Numbered from the stretch's first letter, positions 1-10,031 are shown. The stretch is DNA of 52,614 bases from an uncultured Acidimicrobiaceae bacterium (GCA_903849265.1 CAININ010000207.1:1-52614), one strand, 5' to 3'. Notes: a model not told the origin generated them from the letters alone. Numbers and translations: made by a program.

Positions 1-354
1 GAGGACGTGGGCGACGACGTGGGTGGGTCGGAGTCGGACGAGACGGACACCGACACCACCGACCCGATCGACACCACCGACCCGATCGACCCGATCGACA
101 CGATCGACACCACCGACACCACCGACACCACCGACACCACCGACACCACCGATACCATCGACACCACCGACTCCGCCGAGGTCGAGGCTCCATTCGAAGT
201 CGCTGTCGATGACGGCTCGGGTTCCGGGCAGGCACTGCGGCCCACGCTCAACGAGGTCGCACGACGGATGGATGCGCCTAATTCGCCGACACAGGCCGAC
301 GACGATTCCTCCACGCTTGCCAGCGCCGAACCGGTCGCTGGGCCTGACCTGTGA
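1..354 (+). CDS. 3' end of an unidentified protein (5' end lies outside the window) with an acidic Thr/Asp/Pro/Ile repeat tail
   Basis: Frame 1 is open from nt 1 to TGA 352-354. The stop overlaps the ftsY GTG start (GTGA). Translation is dominated by DTT/DPI repeats. No family recognised. Confidence 0.5.
   Translation, partial: EDVGDDVGGSESDETDTDTTDPIDTTDPIDPIDTIDTTDTTDTTDTTDTTDTIDTTDSAEVEAPFEVAVDDGSGSGQALRPTLNEVARRMDAPNSPTQADDDSSTLASAEPVAGPDL
46..177 (+). repeat. In-frame 9-bp tandem repeat tract (gacaccacc / gacccgatc units; five perfect gacaccacc copies at 106-150)
   Basis: Read directly from the sequence. Encodes (DTT)n/(DPI)n. Confidence 0.9.
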
Positions 355-1595
355 TCGACGCCACCATGCTGACAGCAGCATCTGATGTCATCATCGGCCT
401 TGCGGTCGCCGTACCTGTGGCCCTCGCTGCTGGCGGGATCCTCCTGTTCAACCGGGGACGAGGCCGGTCGACCGCTGAGCTAGAGCCGAAGTCCGTCGGG
501 GCCGCCGAGAGCGACGGGGCTGCTTCGGTACTGCCGGACCGTGCGGGTGCCGTTCTGGAAGCCCCAGGCCCCCCTGGGACTGCCACCCTCGAAGTGGGTG
601 TGGCGCCCGAGCCGGAACTCGAACTCCAGCCTGAGCCTGAACCCGAACTCCCGCCTGAGCCCGAGCCGGCCACCTACCGGGGTCGCCTCGGCAAGGCGCG
701 GGGACTGCTGTCCGGTTACGTCGGTGCCATTCGGGCCCGAGGAAAGATCGACGCCACCACGTGGGAGGACCTCGAGGAGGCGCTCATCCGGGCTGACGTC
801 GGGGTGAGCGCCACCGACGTCCTGCTCGATGACCTGCGGGGACGGGTCAAGTCGGGGGAGATCGGCAGCCCGGACGCACTCGTGGACGCCCTCAAGGCCG
901 ATCTGGTCGACATGCTCACCACCAGTTCGTCGGGGCTGGCAGGAATCGGCACGAGTCGACCTATCGCAGCCGAGGGGGAGACTGCGCGAGTTGTCGACGT
1001 GTGGCTCTTCGTGGGCGTCAACGGTGTCGGCAAGACGACGACCGTCGGCAAAGTAGCCACTCGGCTCACCCGATCCGGCACGCAGGTCCTCTTGGCGGCA
1101 GGGGACACCTTCCGCGCGGCGGCGGGGGAGCAGCTCAGCCTGTGGGCTGAGCGGTCCGGGGCGGACATTGTGCGCGGGTCCGAAGGCGGCGACCCGTCAT
1201 CGGTGGTGTTCGATGCCGTGCAGCGGGCCGCGTCCAAGGGGTATCCGCTCGTGCTGGCCGACACGGCCGGGCGTTTGCACAACAAGGTCAACCTCATCGA
1301 AGAGCTCAAGAAGATCCGCCGGGTGTCGGACCGGGCACCTGGTCACGTAGCCGAGGTGCTGCTGGTCCTCGACGCCACTACTGGCCAGAACGGATTGGCG
1401 CAGGCCAAGGTGTTCTTGGATGCCGTCGATGTGTCCGGGGTGGTGCTGACGAAGCTCGACGGCACGGCCAAGGGCGGGATCGTGGTCGCCATCCAGCGCG
1501 AGCTCGGACTGCCGGTCAAGTTGGTCGGCCTGGGCGAAGGGGCGGACGACCTGATCGACTTCGATCCCCAGGCCTTCGTCGACGCGCTCTTCTAG
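351..1595 (+). CDS. ftsY: Signal recognition particle receptor FtsY
   Basis: NG-domain motifs GVNGVGKTTTVGK, DTAGR and TKLDGTAKGG. N-terminal TM helix plus an acidic EP-rich A-domain. Lies next to ffh. Confidence 0.95.
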   Translation: MIDATMLTAASDVIIGLAVAVPVALAAGGILLFNRGRGRSTAELEPKSVGAAESDGAASVLPDRAGAVLEAPGPPGTATLEVGVAPEPELELQPEPEPELPPEPEPATYRGRLGKARGLLSGYVGAIRARGKIDATTWEDLEEALIRADVGVSATDVLLDDLRGRVKSGEIGSPDALVDALKADLVDMLTTSSSGLAGIGTSRPIAAEGETARVVDVWLFVGVNGVGKTTTVGKVATRLTRSGTQVLLAAGDTFRAAAGEQLSLWAERSGADIVRGSEGGDPSSVVFDAVQRAASKGYPLVLADTAGRLHNKVNLIEELKKIRRVSDRAPGHVAEVLLVLDATTGQNGLAQAKVFLDAVDVSGVVLTKLDGTAKGGIVVAIQRELGLPVKLVGLGEGADDLIDFDPQAFVDALF

Positions 1596-1681
1596 GAACC
1601 CAGAGCCCGAGGAGGGACCCTTGCGGCCCCCGGTCGGGATCGTTCCGACCGAGCGCGGCGTTCGGGTAGCCTGAGCACCCC

Positions 1682-3205
1682 ATGTTCGAGAGCCTGACCG
1701 ACCGATTCGACGGCATCCTCACCCGACTCCGGGGCCGAGGACGGCTGTCCGAGGCCGACGTCGACGAGGTCCTCCGTGAGATCCGAACCGCGCTGTTGGA
1801 GGCGGACGTCGAGATCGGGGTGGTCCGCAAGTTCACCACCGCCGTGCGGGACCGTTGCGTGGGACTCGAGCTGTCCCAGAGCCTGAGCCCAGGCCAGCAG
1901 GTCATCAAGATCGTCAACGAGGAGCTCGTCGCCATCCTGGGCGGCGAGACGCTCCAGATCCGCTACGCCAGCCGGCCGCCCACGGTCATCCTGCTCGCCG
2001 GACTGCAGGGGTCGGGCAAGACCACCGCCTCGGCCAAGCTGGCCCGCTGGTTCAAGCAGCAGGGACGCAACCCGCTCCTGGTCGGTGCCGACCTCCAGCG
2101 TCCGGCGGCTGTGGAGCAGTTGCGGGTGCTCGGCGGCCAGGCCGGGGTGACCGTGTTCTCCGAGGCATCGGACCCGGTGTCGGTGGCCGCAGCCGGCCTC
2201 GAAGAGGCCAAGCGCCTCGGCCGGGACGTGCTCATCGTCGACACCGCCGGCCGGCTCTCCATCGACGAATCGCTGATGGACGAGATCCGCCACATCGCCG
2301 GCGCCGTCCAGCCCGACTACACGTTCCTGGTCATCGACGCCATGACGGGACAAGACGCGGTGGCCACGGCCCAGGCCTTCCACGAGGCACTCAGCCTCGA
2401 CGGAGTAATCCTGACGAAGCTTGACGGTGATGCCCGCGGCGGCGCCGCACTGTCGGTCAAGGAAGTCGTCGGACGCCCTATCGCCTTCGCCTCCACGGGG
2501 GAGAAGCTCGACGACTTCGACCAGTTCCACCCCGACCGCATGGCCGACCGGATCCTGGGCATGGGGGACGTGCTCAGCCTGATCGAGCAGGCCGAGCGGA
2601 CGATGGACCAGGACGTCACCACCAAGGGTGCCGCCGCCATGATGGAGGGCCGGTTCACCCTCGAAGACTTCCTCGAGCAGCTCCAGCAGGTCCGCAAGAT
2701 GGGCTCCATCTCCGGTGTGCTGGGGATGCTGCCGGGCATGTCCAAGGAGTTGAAGCAGGCCTCGGAGTCGGTCGACGATCGACAGATCGACCAGGTGGAG
2801 GCGATCATCCACTCCATGACCCGCGCCGAGCGGATCGACCCCACGGTCATCGATGGATCCCGGCGGGTCCGGATCGCTAACGGAAGCGGCACCACCACCA
2901 CTGATGTCAACGCGCTCCTCAAACAGTTCAAGGAGATGCAGAAGATGATGAAGGGGTTCACCAAGGGCGGCGTCGGCGGGGCGATGAGCGGGCTCGGCGG
3001 GCTCCTCGGCCGTGGTCCGAAACTCTCGCCCAAGGCGATGGCCGACATGGCCGCTATGGGCGATCTTCCGGGACTCGGAGCTGGCGGGACCGATGCTCCG
3101 GCCAACCCGTTCGCCAGCTCCGGGGGATCTTCAGGGGGGTCCAAGAAGGGCAAGGGCGGCAAGAAGGGCAAGGGCGGCGGCAGGGTCACCCCCAAGGCCC
3201 GCTAG
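1682..3205 (+). CDS. ffh: Signal recognition particle protein Ffh
   Basis: Motifs GLQGSGKTT, DTAGR and TKLDGDARGGAALS. Met-rich M-domain and a Gly/Lys-rich basic tail. Confidence 0.97.
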   Translation: MFESLTDRFDGILTRLRGRGRLSEADVDEVLREIRTALLEADVEIGVVRKFTTAVRDRCVGLELSQSLSPGQQVIKIVNEELVAILGGETLQIRYASRPPTVILLAGLQGSGKTTASAKLARWFKQQGRNPLLVGADLQRPAAVEQLRVLGGQAGVTVFSEASDPVSVAAAGLEEAKRLGRDVLIVDTAGRLSIDESLMDEIRHIAGAVQPDYTFLVIDAMTGQDAVATAQAFHEALSLDGVILTKLDGDARGGAALSVKEVVGRPIAFASTGEKLDDFDQFHPDRMADRILGMGDVLSLIEQAERTMDQDVTTKGAAAMMEGRFTLEDFLEQLQQVRKMGSISGVLGMLPGMSKELKQASESVDDRQIDQVEAIIHSMTRAERIDPTVIDGSRRVRIANGSGTTTTDVNALLKQFKEMQKMMKGFTKGGVGGAMSGLGGLLGRGPKLSPKAMADMAAMGDLPGLGAGGTDAPANPFASSGGSSGGSKKGKGGKKGKGGGRVTPKAR

Positions 3206-3447
3206 CCCCGCCACGCCCGCCAGGTCGGTCTTCGCTGATCTCCACCGGGCCAGCAATGGAGCGCCGTCCGGGGGGCTCCCAGAATTGCCTTATGATCTGC
3301 GAGTTGGCCGAATCCCGCCCCGTGCGGATTCCCGAGCCCTTGATCGGTGGGAGACTCTTCCCCGGCCCTGGCTCGTAGGGCGGCGCATGCAGCAGCAGCA
3401 TCATTCAGATCTTCCACCGGAAGAACCCATGCAACAGAGGAGTTACC

Positions 3448-3735
3448 GTGGCAGTAAAACTCCGCCTCGTGCGGATTGGAAAGAAGAAGCAGCCGACGTA
3501 CCGTCTGGTGGCGGCGGACAGCCGCTCACCCCGTAACGGTCGGTTCATCGAGATCGTCGGCACCTATGCCCCTCGGGGCAAGTCGTTGGCCGAGCCGGAC
3601 GCTGTCGTCATCATCGACAACGCCAAGGCCGTCAAATGGCTTTCGCAGGGCGCCCAGCCCACCGAGCGCGTGGAGAAGCTGCTGAAGCAGTCCGGCGCCC
3701 TCGAGGAGTTCGCAGCGGCCAAGGCGGCCAAGTGA
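3448..3735 (+). CDS. rpsP: 30S ribosomal protein S16
   Basis: [35 protein letters not shown] is a typical S16 N-terminus. AGAGGAG Shine-Dalgarno lies upstream of the GTG start. Confidence 0.95.
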   Translation: MAVKLRLVRIGKKKQPTYRLVAADSRSPRNGRFIEIVGTYAPRGKSLAEPDAVVIIDNAKAVKWLSQGAQPTERVEKLLKQSGALEEFAAAKAAK

Positions 3736-4070
3736 CCGACGACGCGGCCGCAGACTCGGTCGACGACGTCAACACCATCGACGACGAGGCTGATGGCCAC
3801 GACGACGACGCAGGCAACCGCGTCTCGGGCGGCACGCCGCTGGCCGTGGTGACCTACCTGGTCAACTCCATCGCATCAGACACCGAGTCCGTGGTGATCA
3901 ATACCGAAGAGCGTGGCGACTCCGTCCGCTTCCAGATCCATGTCGCTCCCGAGGACATGGGACGGGTCATCGGCCGTCGCGGCCGGGTGGCCCAGGCCAT
4001 CCGCACCGTGGTGGCGGCAGCTGGTGCACGCGATGGTGTGCAGACCAGCGTCGACATCGCCGACGACTGA
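3732..4070 (+). CDS. KH-domain RNA-binding protein (YlqC/UPF0109 family)
   Basis: Motif [23 protein letters not shown] (a GxxG KH motif). GTG 3732 overlaps the rpsP stop (GTGA). Conserved position between rpsP and rimM. Confidence 0.85.
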   Translation: MTDDAAADSVDDVNTIDDEADGHDDDAGNRVSGGTPLAVVTYLVNSIASDTESVVINTEERGDSVRFQIHVAPEDMGRVIGRRGRVAQAIRTVVAAAGARDGVQTSVDIADD

Positions 4071-4077
4071 TCTCGAG

Positions 4078-4647
4078 GTGCCTACTCCGGCCCCCGGCGA
4101 CGGCGCCGACGGTGCCGGTGGCACCATCGACGAGTCCGGCGACACCGGAACCAGTAGCCCTGAGTCCGGCGACCCCGGACCCCTGCTCGGGGTCGGGAAG
4201 ATCGTCAAACCTCATGGGCTCCGCGGTGAGGTGATCATCTCGTTGACCACCAACCGCGTCGAGCGGGTGGCAGCCGGCTCGGTGCTGTTGGCCGAGGACG
4301 GTCGGGCGTTCGAGATCAAGCGTTCCTCAGCCCACCGTGGCCGGTTCATCGTGACCCTGCGGGGGGTCAACGGTATCGACGCGGCGGAGGCCCTGCGCGA
4401 CACGCCCCTGTTCGCCTCGCCGATCGAAGATCCCGAAGCGCTATGGGTCCATGACCTGATCGGGTCCCTGGTCGTCGACGCTGATGGCAACGAACTCGGA
4501 ACGGTCAAGGGCGTGGAGGCCAATCCGGCCAGCGACCTGTTGGTGTTGGCCGACGGCGGTCTGATCCCTCTGCGGTTCGTGACCGGGTCCGAGCCAGGGG
4601 TCCAGGTCACGGTCGACATCCCCGTCGGGCTCCTCGACCTGAAGTGA
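4078..4647 (+). CDS. rimM: 16S rRNA processing protein RimM
   Basis: LLGVGKIVKPHGLRGEV PRC-barrel signature. The chosen start is the first in-frame GTG after the KH-protein stop; the start is uncertain. Confidence 0.85.
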   Translation: MPTPAPGDGADGAGGTIDESGDTGTSSPESGDPGPLLGVGKIVKPHGLRGEVIISLTTNRVERVAAGSVLLAEDGRAFEIKRSSAHRGRFIVTLRGVNGIDAAEALRDTPLFASPIEDPEALWVHDLIGSLVVDADGNELGTVKGVEANPASDLLVLADGGLIPLRFVTGSEPGVQVTVDIPVGLLDLK

Positions 4648-5462
4648 CCAAGGGCGCCGCGGACCCGATGCCCATGGCGATGCCGGCGCCAGCATTTCGG
4701 GTCGACGTGTTCACGCTGTTCCCCGAGGTGGTCGACCACTACGGTTCGGCCTCCATCCTTGGGCGAGCCCGCGACCGGGGCCACCTAGACCTGCGCACCC
4801 ACGACATCCGTGAGGCCACCCACGACGTCCACCGCACCGTCGATGACTCGCCTTTCGGCGGGGGAGCGGGAATGGTGCTCGCCCCGGGGCCCGCGTTCGA
4901 GGCGGTGGAGCAGGTGGCAGACAGCCCCGACGGCCTTCCCCGGCCCCTTCTGCTGCTGTCGGCCTCAGGCCGCCGGTTCGACCAGGAAGTAGCACACGAG
5001 CTAGCCGCGACCCCTGGGGGGTTTTCGCTCCTCTGCGGTCGCTACGAGGGAGTCGATCAGCGGGTGGCTGACCATCTGTGCGACGGAGAGCTCTCCATCG
5101 GCGACTACGTCCTTGCCGGCGGTGAGCTCGCTGCTCTCGTGGTGGTCGAGGCCGTGGCCCGCCTCTTGCCCGGAGTGCTGGGCAACGAGCAGTCGACGGA
5201 CGAAGAGAGCTTTGCGGCCGGACTGCTCGAGTATCCGCAGTACACCCGGCCCGCTGAGTTCCGCGAGTTCGGGACCCCCGAAGTGCTCCGATCGGGCGAT
5301 CACGGCCGCGTCGAGGCGTGGCGGCGAACGCAATCCCTGGTCAGGACGTTACAGAGGCGACCAGACCTCATCAGCCGGCGAGGTGGACTGACCGATGAAG
5401 AGGTCCGACTGCTCGCCGCTCACGGCGAGGTGCGCCTGCTCCGCGAACACGGCTACGATTGA
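4644..5462 (+). CDS. trmD: tRNA (guanine37-N1)-methyltransferase TrmD
   Basis: FRVDVFTLFPEV...VDDSPFGGGAGMVL...GRYEGVDQRV motifs. GTG 4644 overlaps the rimM stop. ATG 4668 is an alternative start. Confidence 0.93.
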   Translation: MTKGAADPMPMAMPAPAFRVDVFTLFPEVVDHYGSASILGRARDRGHLDLRTHDIREATHDVHRTVDDSPFGGGAGMVLAPGPAFEAVEQVADSPDGLPRPLLLLSASGRRFDQEVAHELAATPGGFSLLCGRYEGVDQRVADHLCDGELSIGDYVLAGGELAALVVVEAVARLLPGVLGNEQSTDEESFAAGLLEYPQYTRPAEFREFGTPEVLRSGDHGRVEAWRRTQSLVRTLQRRPDLISRRGGLTDEEVRLLAAHGEVRLLREHGYD

Positions 5463-5590
5463 GGAGCCTCGTCGGCGCCGGATCACACCGGTGTCCCCAT
5501 CGACGCCTGGTGCACGCCTCCTAACGGGGGCATCGCACGTGGGATGCCGGCGGGCGTGAGATCGAACAACTGTCGAAAGAGACGCGCCCC

Positions 5591-5944
5591 ATGAACCCCA
5601 CCGACATCATCGACCGCGACAGCCTGCGGGACGACATCCCCGAGTTCCGCGCTGGAGACACCGTCAAGGTGCACGTCCGAGTGATCGAGGGCACCCGTGA
5701 GCGCGTCCAGGTCTTCCAGGGTGCGGTCATCCGCCGCCAGGGCCGTGGCATCCAGGAGACCTTCACGGTTCGCAAGGTGAGCTTCGGCGTCGGCGTCGAG
5801 CGCACCTTCCCGGTCCACTCCCCGGTAATCGACCACACCGAGGTCGTGTCGCTGGGCGACGTCCGCCGGGCAAAGCTCTACTACCTGCGTGACCTCAGCG
5901 GTAAGGCCGCCAAGATCAAGGAACTGCGGACTGCCCGTTCCTGA
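5591..5944 (+). CDS. rplS: 50S ribosomal protein L19
   Basis: [33 protein letters not shown]...[21 protein letters not shown] is a canonical L19 sequence. Confidence 0.95.
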   Translation: MNPTDIIDRDSLRDDIPEFRAGDTVKVHVRVIEGTRERVQVFQGAVIRRQGRGIQETFTVRKVSFGVGVERTFPVHSPVIDHTEVVSLGDVRRAKLYYLRDLSGKAAKIKELRTARS

Positions 5945-6007
5945 TCGTGCCGTTCGGGTGTCGCTGGTCGACATCACGGTGGGCATGACGGCGGGGTCTG
6001 ACCTCCG

Positions 6008-6301
6008 ATGAGCGAAGAGGACCTCGAGCGGTACGAGTCGGAGATCGAACTGGCGCTCGTCCATGAATATCGTGCCGTCGTGCCGTTGTTCTCCTATGTG
6101 GTGGAGACCGAGCGGCGCTTCTACCTGGCGAACACGGTCGACGTGACGGTCCGGTCAGAGACCTCGCCCGCCTGCGTCGAGGTCGTGCTGACCGATGCCT
6201 GGGTCTGGGACATGTACCGCCCGGCCCGCTTCGTCCCCTCCGTGCGGATTCTGACCTTCCGCGACGTAAACATCGAGCGCCTACCTGCCAAGGACCTGTG
6301 A
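6008..6301 (+). CDS. DUF2469-family small protein
   Basis: MSEEDLERYESEIELALVHEYRAVV... resembles the actinobacterial DUF2469 family that sits near rplS and yraN. Confidence 0.8.
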   Translation: MSEEDLERYESEIELALVHEYRAVVPLFSYVVETERRFYLANTVDVTVRSETSPACVEVVLTDAWVWDMYRPARFVPSVRILTFRDVNIERLPAKDL

Positions 6302-6744
6302 ACGGGATCCCGTCGGACAGCGATTCCCCGTCAGGTGCGCAGAGCCCGCCGGACGGTGAGGTGCCACCGGACGCCCTGGGTTCCGCGGAAGCGGAGCACC
6401 GGACCGCACTGGGCCGGGCCGGCGAGGACATTGCTGCCGCCTGGTACGAGGAGAACGGCTTCGAAATCCTGGAGCGCAACTGGCGTCGCCGTGAGGGCGA
6501 GGTCGACCTGATCGCCCGCAAGCGGCGCACGGTCGCCTTCTGCGAGGTCAAGACCCGCACGTCGGACACCTATGGCACGGGGGCCGAGTCGGTGCTTCCG
6601 GCCAAGCAGCGCCGTATCCGCCGGCTGGCCATCCGTTGGCTGGCCGAACTCACCCCTTCCTCGGGACGGGCCCTCGTCGACCTGCGGTTCGACGTGATCT
6701 CCATCACCGCCGGCGAGATCGAGGTCATCGAGGACGCGTTCTAG
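6298..6744 (+). CDS. YraN-family (UPF0102) endonuclease-like protein
   Basis: GEDIAAAWYEENGFEILERNWRRREGEVDLIA...AFCEVKTR core. GTGA start/stop overlap with the upstream gene. Confidence 0.85.
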   Translation: MNGIPSDSDSPSGAQSPPDGEVPPDALGSAEAEHRTALGRAGEDIAAAWYEENGFEILERNWRRREGEVDLIARKRRTVAFCEVKTRTSDTYGTGAESVLPAKQRRIRRLAIRWLAELTPSSGRALVDLRFDVISITAGEIEVIEDAF

Positions 6745-6838
6745 GTCGAGTGCTCAGTGCTTCGTCCAAGGAGGACCCGGCTTGCAATCGACGCCACCTC
6801 ACACCGACGACAAACCACACCAAGGAGCCGCGAACCCC

Positions 6839-7834
6839 ATGTGCACCAACTTCAAGCACCCGAAGGCAACCGATGGAACGGTCTGCGTCGGCCGGACGAT
6901 GGAGTTTCCCGATGTGATCCCGTGGGAGCTGGCGGTGCTCGCTCGTGACCATGCCGGCGCCAGCGGGTCCAGCGCCAAGGGCAAGACCTGGAAGGCGACC
7001 CACGGTGTTGTCGGCATGTCCGCCTTCGCCAACCCGCAGTGGTTCGGCGATGGGATGAACGATGCCGGCCTGTCGGCCCACGTGCTCTATATGCCCGACC
7101 ACGCCACCTACTGCCCCGAGAAGAACGACGGCTCGGACATCGGCATCCTCGAGGGGATCGCGTTCGTCCTCGGCACGTGCGCGACAGTTGAGGAAGCAAA
7201 GGCCGCCCTTGCCACCTGCAACTTCGTGGACTACCAGCCCAAGGAGATCCCGGTGGGACTGCCGCTCCACCTCATCGTCCACGACAAGGACTCGTGTGCG
7301 GTGGTCGAGTTCCACCCCGACGGCATGGTGATCTCTGACAACCCGGTGCAGGTGGCGACGAACGCCCCTTACCTCGACTGGCACCTCACGAACGTGGCGA
7401 ACTACCTGAGCCTCACACCGGACAACCCGAAGCCGGTGGAGATCGGTGGGACCACCTTCGCTCCCTCGGGCCAAGGGCAGGGGTTCCGCGGGCTGCCAGC
7501 CGACGAGAACTCTCCCTCGCGCTTCATCCGCCTGCTGGCCAACGTGCGCTTCGCTCAGCAGCCGAAGGATCGGAAAGAGACGGAAATGGACGCCGTGCGG
7601 ATCCTGCACGGATTCGACTTGATTCCGGGCACAGTCATCGAGGACACGCCTGCAGGTCCGATGCCGCTCCTCACGACCTGGTCGACGGTCTCGAACCTCA
7701 CTGCCCACCGGTATCTCTACAACACGATGTCCGACCCGCTCTGGTACGCGATCGACTTGACCACCACCGACTTCTCGACGTCGCGCTCAGTGCCGTTCGT
7801 GACGTCCGGGGAGTTCACCCCGCTTTCGGTCTGA
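6839..7834 (+). CDS. Choloylglycine hydrolase / linear amide C-N hydrolase (Ntn hydrolase, penicillin V acylase family)
   Basis: Begins MCTNF (Cys2 nucleophile). AAGGAG Shine-Dalgarno lies 12 nt upstream of ATG 6839. The ORF track start at 6782 is probably too long. Confidence 0.85.
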   Translation: MCTNFKHPKATDGTVCVGRTMEFPDVIPWELAVLARDHAGASGSSAKGKTWKATHGVVGMSAFANPQWFGDGMNDAGLSAHVLYMPDHATYCPEKNDGSDIGILEGIAFVLGTCATVEEAKAALATCNFVDYQPKEIPVGLPLHLIVHDKDSCAVVEFHPDGMVISDNPVQVATNAPYLDWHLTNVANYLSLTPDNPKPVEIGGTTFAPSGQGQGFRGLPADENSPSRFIRLLANVRFAQQPKDRKETEMDAVRILHGFDLIPGTVIEDTPAGPMPLLTTWSTVSNLTAHRYLYNTMSDPLWYAIDLTTTDFSTSRSVPFVTSGEFTPLSV

Positions 7835-7847
7835 ATCGATCGGGGCG

Positions 7848-8993
7848 TCAGCCTGCCGGGTGATAAGCCCCAGATTCGACGGCCACGATATTGATCAGGT
7901 TGCCCATGGCGATGTTCACGTCGACCAGGTGTAGGCCCCAGCTGGCCAACGGGCTCGGGTGGAGCTGCGGGGCCGCGCCGTTGGGGGTGATGGACAGGTA
8001 GTTGGCGCCTCCCGTGGATGCGCACTGACCGGTGTAGGAGCCGGGGGCACCGACCCACGGCGTTGACACCTGAGGTGCAGTGATCCCGAGCAGGCCGATC
8101 CCGGCAGCGATCGACGAGCCCGGTGCGAAGGGCGTGGTGGGCAGGATCGGGTTCAACAGCCCCGAGCCGCCGCCGAGTGCCGACGGATTGGTGCAGAGGA
8201 CCTGCAGGCCTGCTGCGGTCGTTCTGCCGAAGGTGGAGTCCGCCGGTGCGGTGGGTCCATAGGTCGAGTATCCGATCACACACCCCACCTGAGTGGGGGA
8301 GTGGCAGGCCCGGATGTGCTGGAAGTCGCCCCCGATGTCCGATCCGGTCTTAACGGTGACGTCGCCGCCGGGGAGGATGGCCGACACCAGCAGCTTGCGC
8401 ACCGCCGTGTTCTGGTCGATCTGGGAGGTGATGAGGTGTCGAAGAAGGAACGATCCCTGTGAGTGCCCGATGAGCACCACGCCCCGGCCCTTGTTGTACT
8501 TATGCAGATATGTCTGCCAGGCCTGGAGGACGTCCCCATAGGCCATCTGCTGCTGTTCCGTGGTGGCCGCACCGCCGATGTTGGTCAAGGTGAGCTGGCG
8601 GTACATCGGAGCGAACACCCGGCAGTGCCGCGAAAACATCGACGCCTGGTAGAGGGCGATGGACCGCTGCTGCGGGTCGACGGTCAGGTCGGCGTTGGGC
8701 GTCTTCTGGTCGCTCACGGTCGGGTAGACGTAGAAGCAGTCGACCTTGGGGTTGGTGGCAGCCTGTGCGTTGGTGACCCCGAGGACCGTGTCCGGAAATG
8801 CGATCCGCGTCGTGGTGAGGTTCGGCGTGCACGGATCAGCGGCCATCCCGGGCCGACACAGCCAGACGGTCGGGGTCGAGGCCCCGGCGGTCGTGGTGGT
8901 GCCGGCAGCAGCGGCGGCGCTGGCTCCTGCTCCTACTCCAGCGGTGGCGAGGAGCCCGATCATGGCCATGAGGACAATTCGTATCCGGTGCAC
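7848..8993 (-). CDS. Secreted DUF3089-like alpha/beta hydrolase (lipase-like)
   Basis: Signal-peptide-like HRIRIVLMAMIGLLATAGVGAGASAAAAAG, then VWLCRPG...CFYVYPT...VVLIGHSQG. Start is GTG 8993 or ATG 8969. The upstream part of the 499-aa ORF looks non-coding. Confidence 0.7.
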   Translation of the reverse strand: MHRIRIVLMAMIGLLATAGVGAGASAAAAAGTTTTAGASTPTVWLCRPGMAADPCTPNLTTTRIAFPDTVLGVTNAQAATNPKVDCFYVYPTVSDQKTPNADLTVDPQQRSIALYQASMFSRHCRVFAPMYRQLTLTNIGGAATTEQQQMAYGDVLQAWQTYLHKYNKGRGVVLIGHSQGSFLLRHLITSQIDQNTAVRKLLVSAILPGGDVTVKTGSDIGGDFQHIRACHSPTQVGCVIGYSTYGPTAPADSTFGRTTAAGLQVLCTNPSALGGGSGLLNPILPTTPFAPGSSIAAGIGLLGITAPQVSTPWVGAPGSYTGQCASTGGANYLSITPNGAAPQLHPSPLASWGLHLVDVNIAMGNLINIVAVESGAYHPAG

Positions 8994-9099
8994 GGGGCAC
9001 ACTAACCCGACGCAACGACGTCTCGACCCCAGAGGTGCGGCTCGAGCAGCCCCAGCCAGGGGTCCCTCCAGGGGAAACACCATCTCGTAGGCTGAACGG

Positions 9100-9135
9100 A
9101 TGGCTGACAACATGGCTGACAACATGGCTGACCCT
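9100..9135 (+). repeat. 12-bp tandem triplication of the start-codon region (atggctgacaac x2, then atggctgaccct)
   Basis: Read directly. Gives MADN-MADN-MAD with three in-frame ATGs. Confidence 0.9.
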
Positions 9136-9918
9136 TTCGAGACTCTGATCGTCGACCGAGCCGACGGCGTGGTGACAGTCACGATGAATCGCCCCGAGCG
9201 GAAGAATGCGGCGAACGGCACCATGTGGCGCGAGCTCCTGGCCGTCTTCGACGATGTGGCCGCCGACCGGAACGATCGGGTGCTCGTGCTGACCGGCGCT
9301 GGTGGCGCCTTCTGCTCGGGTGCCGACCTGTCCGATCCATCCGACATGGCTGGGCGCCCAGGCGACCCCTACCTGGTGCAGATGCGCGCTTTGGCCGACG
9401 TGGCGCTGCGCCTCCACCGCTTCCCCAAGCCCACGATCGCCAAGGTGGGCGGCGTCGCGGCAGGAGCCGGTATGTCGATGGCCATCGGGTGCGACCTCGT
9501 GGTGGCTTCTGAGTCGGCACGGTTCTCGCAGATCTTCGCCAAGCGGGGACTGTCGATCGACTTCGGCGCCTCCTGGCTCTTGCCCAGGCTGATCGGACTC
9601 CACCGGGCGAAGGAGTTGGCCTTCTTCGCCGACATCCTCAGCTCGGCCGAGGCCGCCGACTTCGGGCTGGTGAACAGGGTCCTGCCCGACGCCGAACTCG
9701 ACGCCTTCGTCGACGGCTGGGCCCGGCGGTTGGCGGACGGTCCGACACTTGCGCTGTCGATGACCAAGACGATGCTGAACAACTCGATGGCTGTGTCCAT
9801 GGACCAGGCGCTCGAAGACGAGGCACGAGCGCAGACGGCCAACTTCGGCACCCGGGACACCAGGGAGGCGCTCACTGCCTTCGTGGAGCGCCGGGCGCCC
9901 AACTTCGAAGGACGCTGA
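9100..9918 (+). CDS. Enoyl-CoA hydratase/isomerase (crotonase) family protein
   Basis: VTMNRPERKNA...LTGAGGAFCSGADL oxyanion-hole motif. Confidence 0.9.
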   Translation: MADNMADNMADPFETLIVDRADGVVTVTMNRPERKNAANGTMWRELLAVFDDVAADRNDRVLVLTGAGGAFCSGADLSDPSDMAGRPGDPYLVQMRALADVALRLHRFPKPTIAKVGGVAAGAGMSMAIGCDLVVASESARFSQIFAKRGLSIDFGASWLLPRLIGLHRAKELAFFADILSSAEAADFGLVNRVLPDAELDAFVDGWARRLADGPTLALSMTKTMLNNSMAVSMDQALEDEARAQTANFGTRDTREALTAFVERRAPNFEGR

Positions 9919-10031
9919 TACACCCGGCCTCTACGGTGAGGGACGTGCTTCGAGGGCGCTCGGCACTGGCACTTCCCAAAGGGGTAGAGCGGCCCTGATG
10001 CTCCGCTAGGGGTCCACCGACCCGCTTCCGC

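Noticed and set aside
1592-2812. 406-aa ORF on the minus strand
   Set aside because: It is entirely antisense to ffh, whose identity is unambiguous. Its translation is low-complexity (Leu/Gly/Asp/His-rich) with no motif. Long stop-free antisense frames are expected at this GC content.
3206-3447. 242-nt ffh-rpsP intergenic region with a bulged hairpin (3310-3331), considered as an sRNA or ribosomal leader
   Set aside because: Only one modest hairpin and no recognisable conserved motif. No known S16 leader element for Actinobacteria that I can name. Evidence is insufficient to call a feature.
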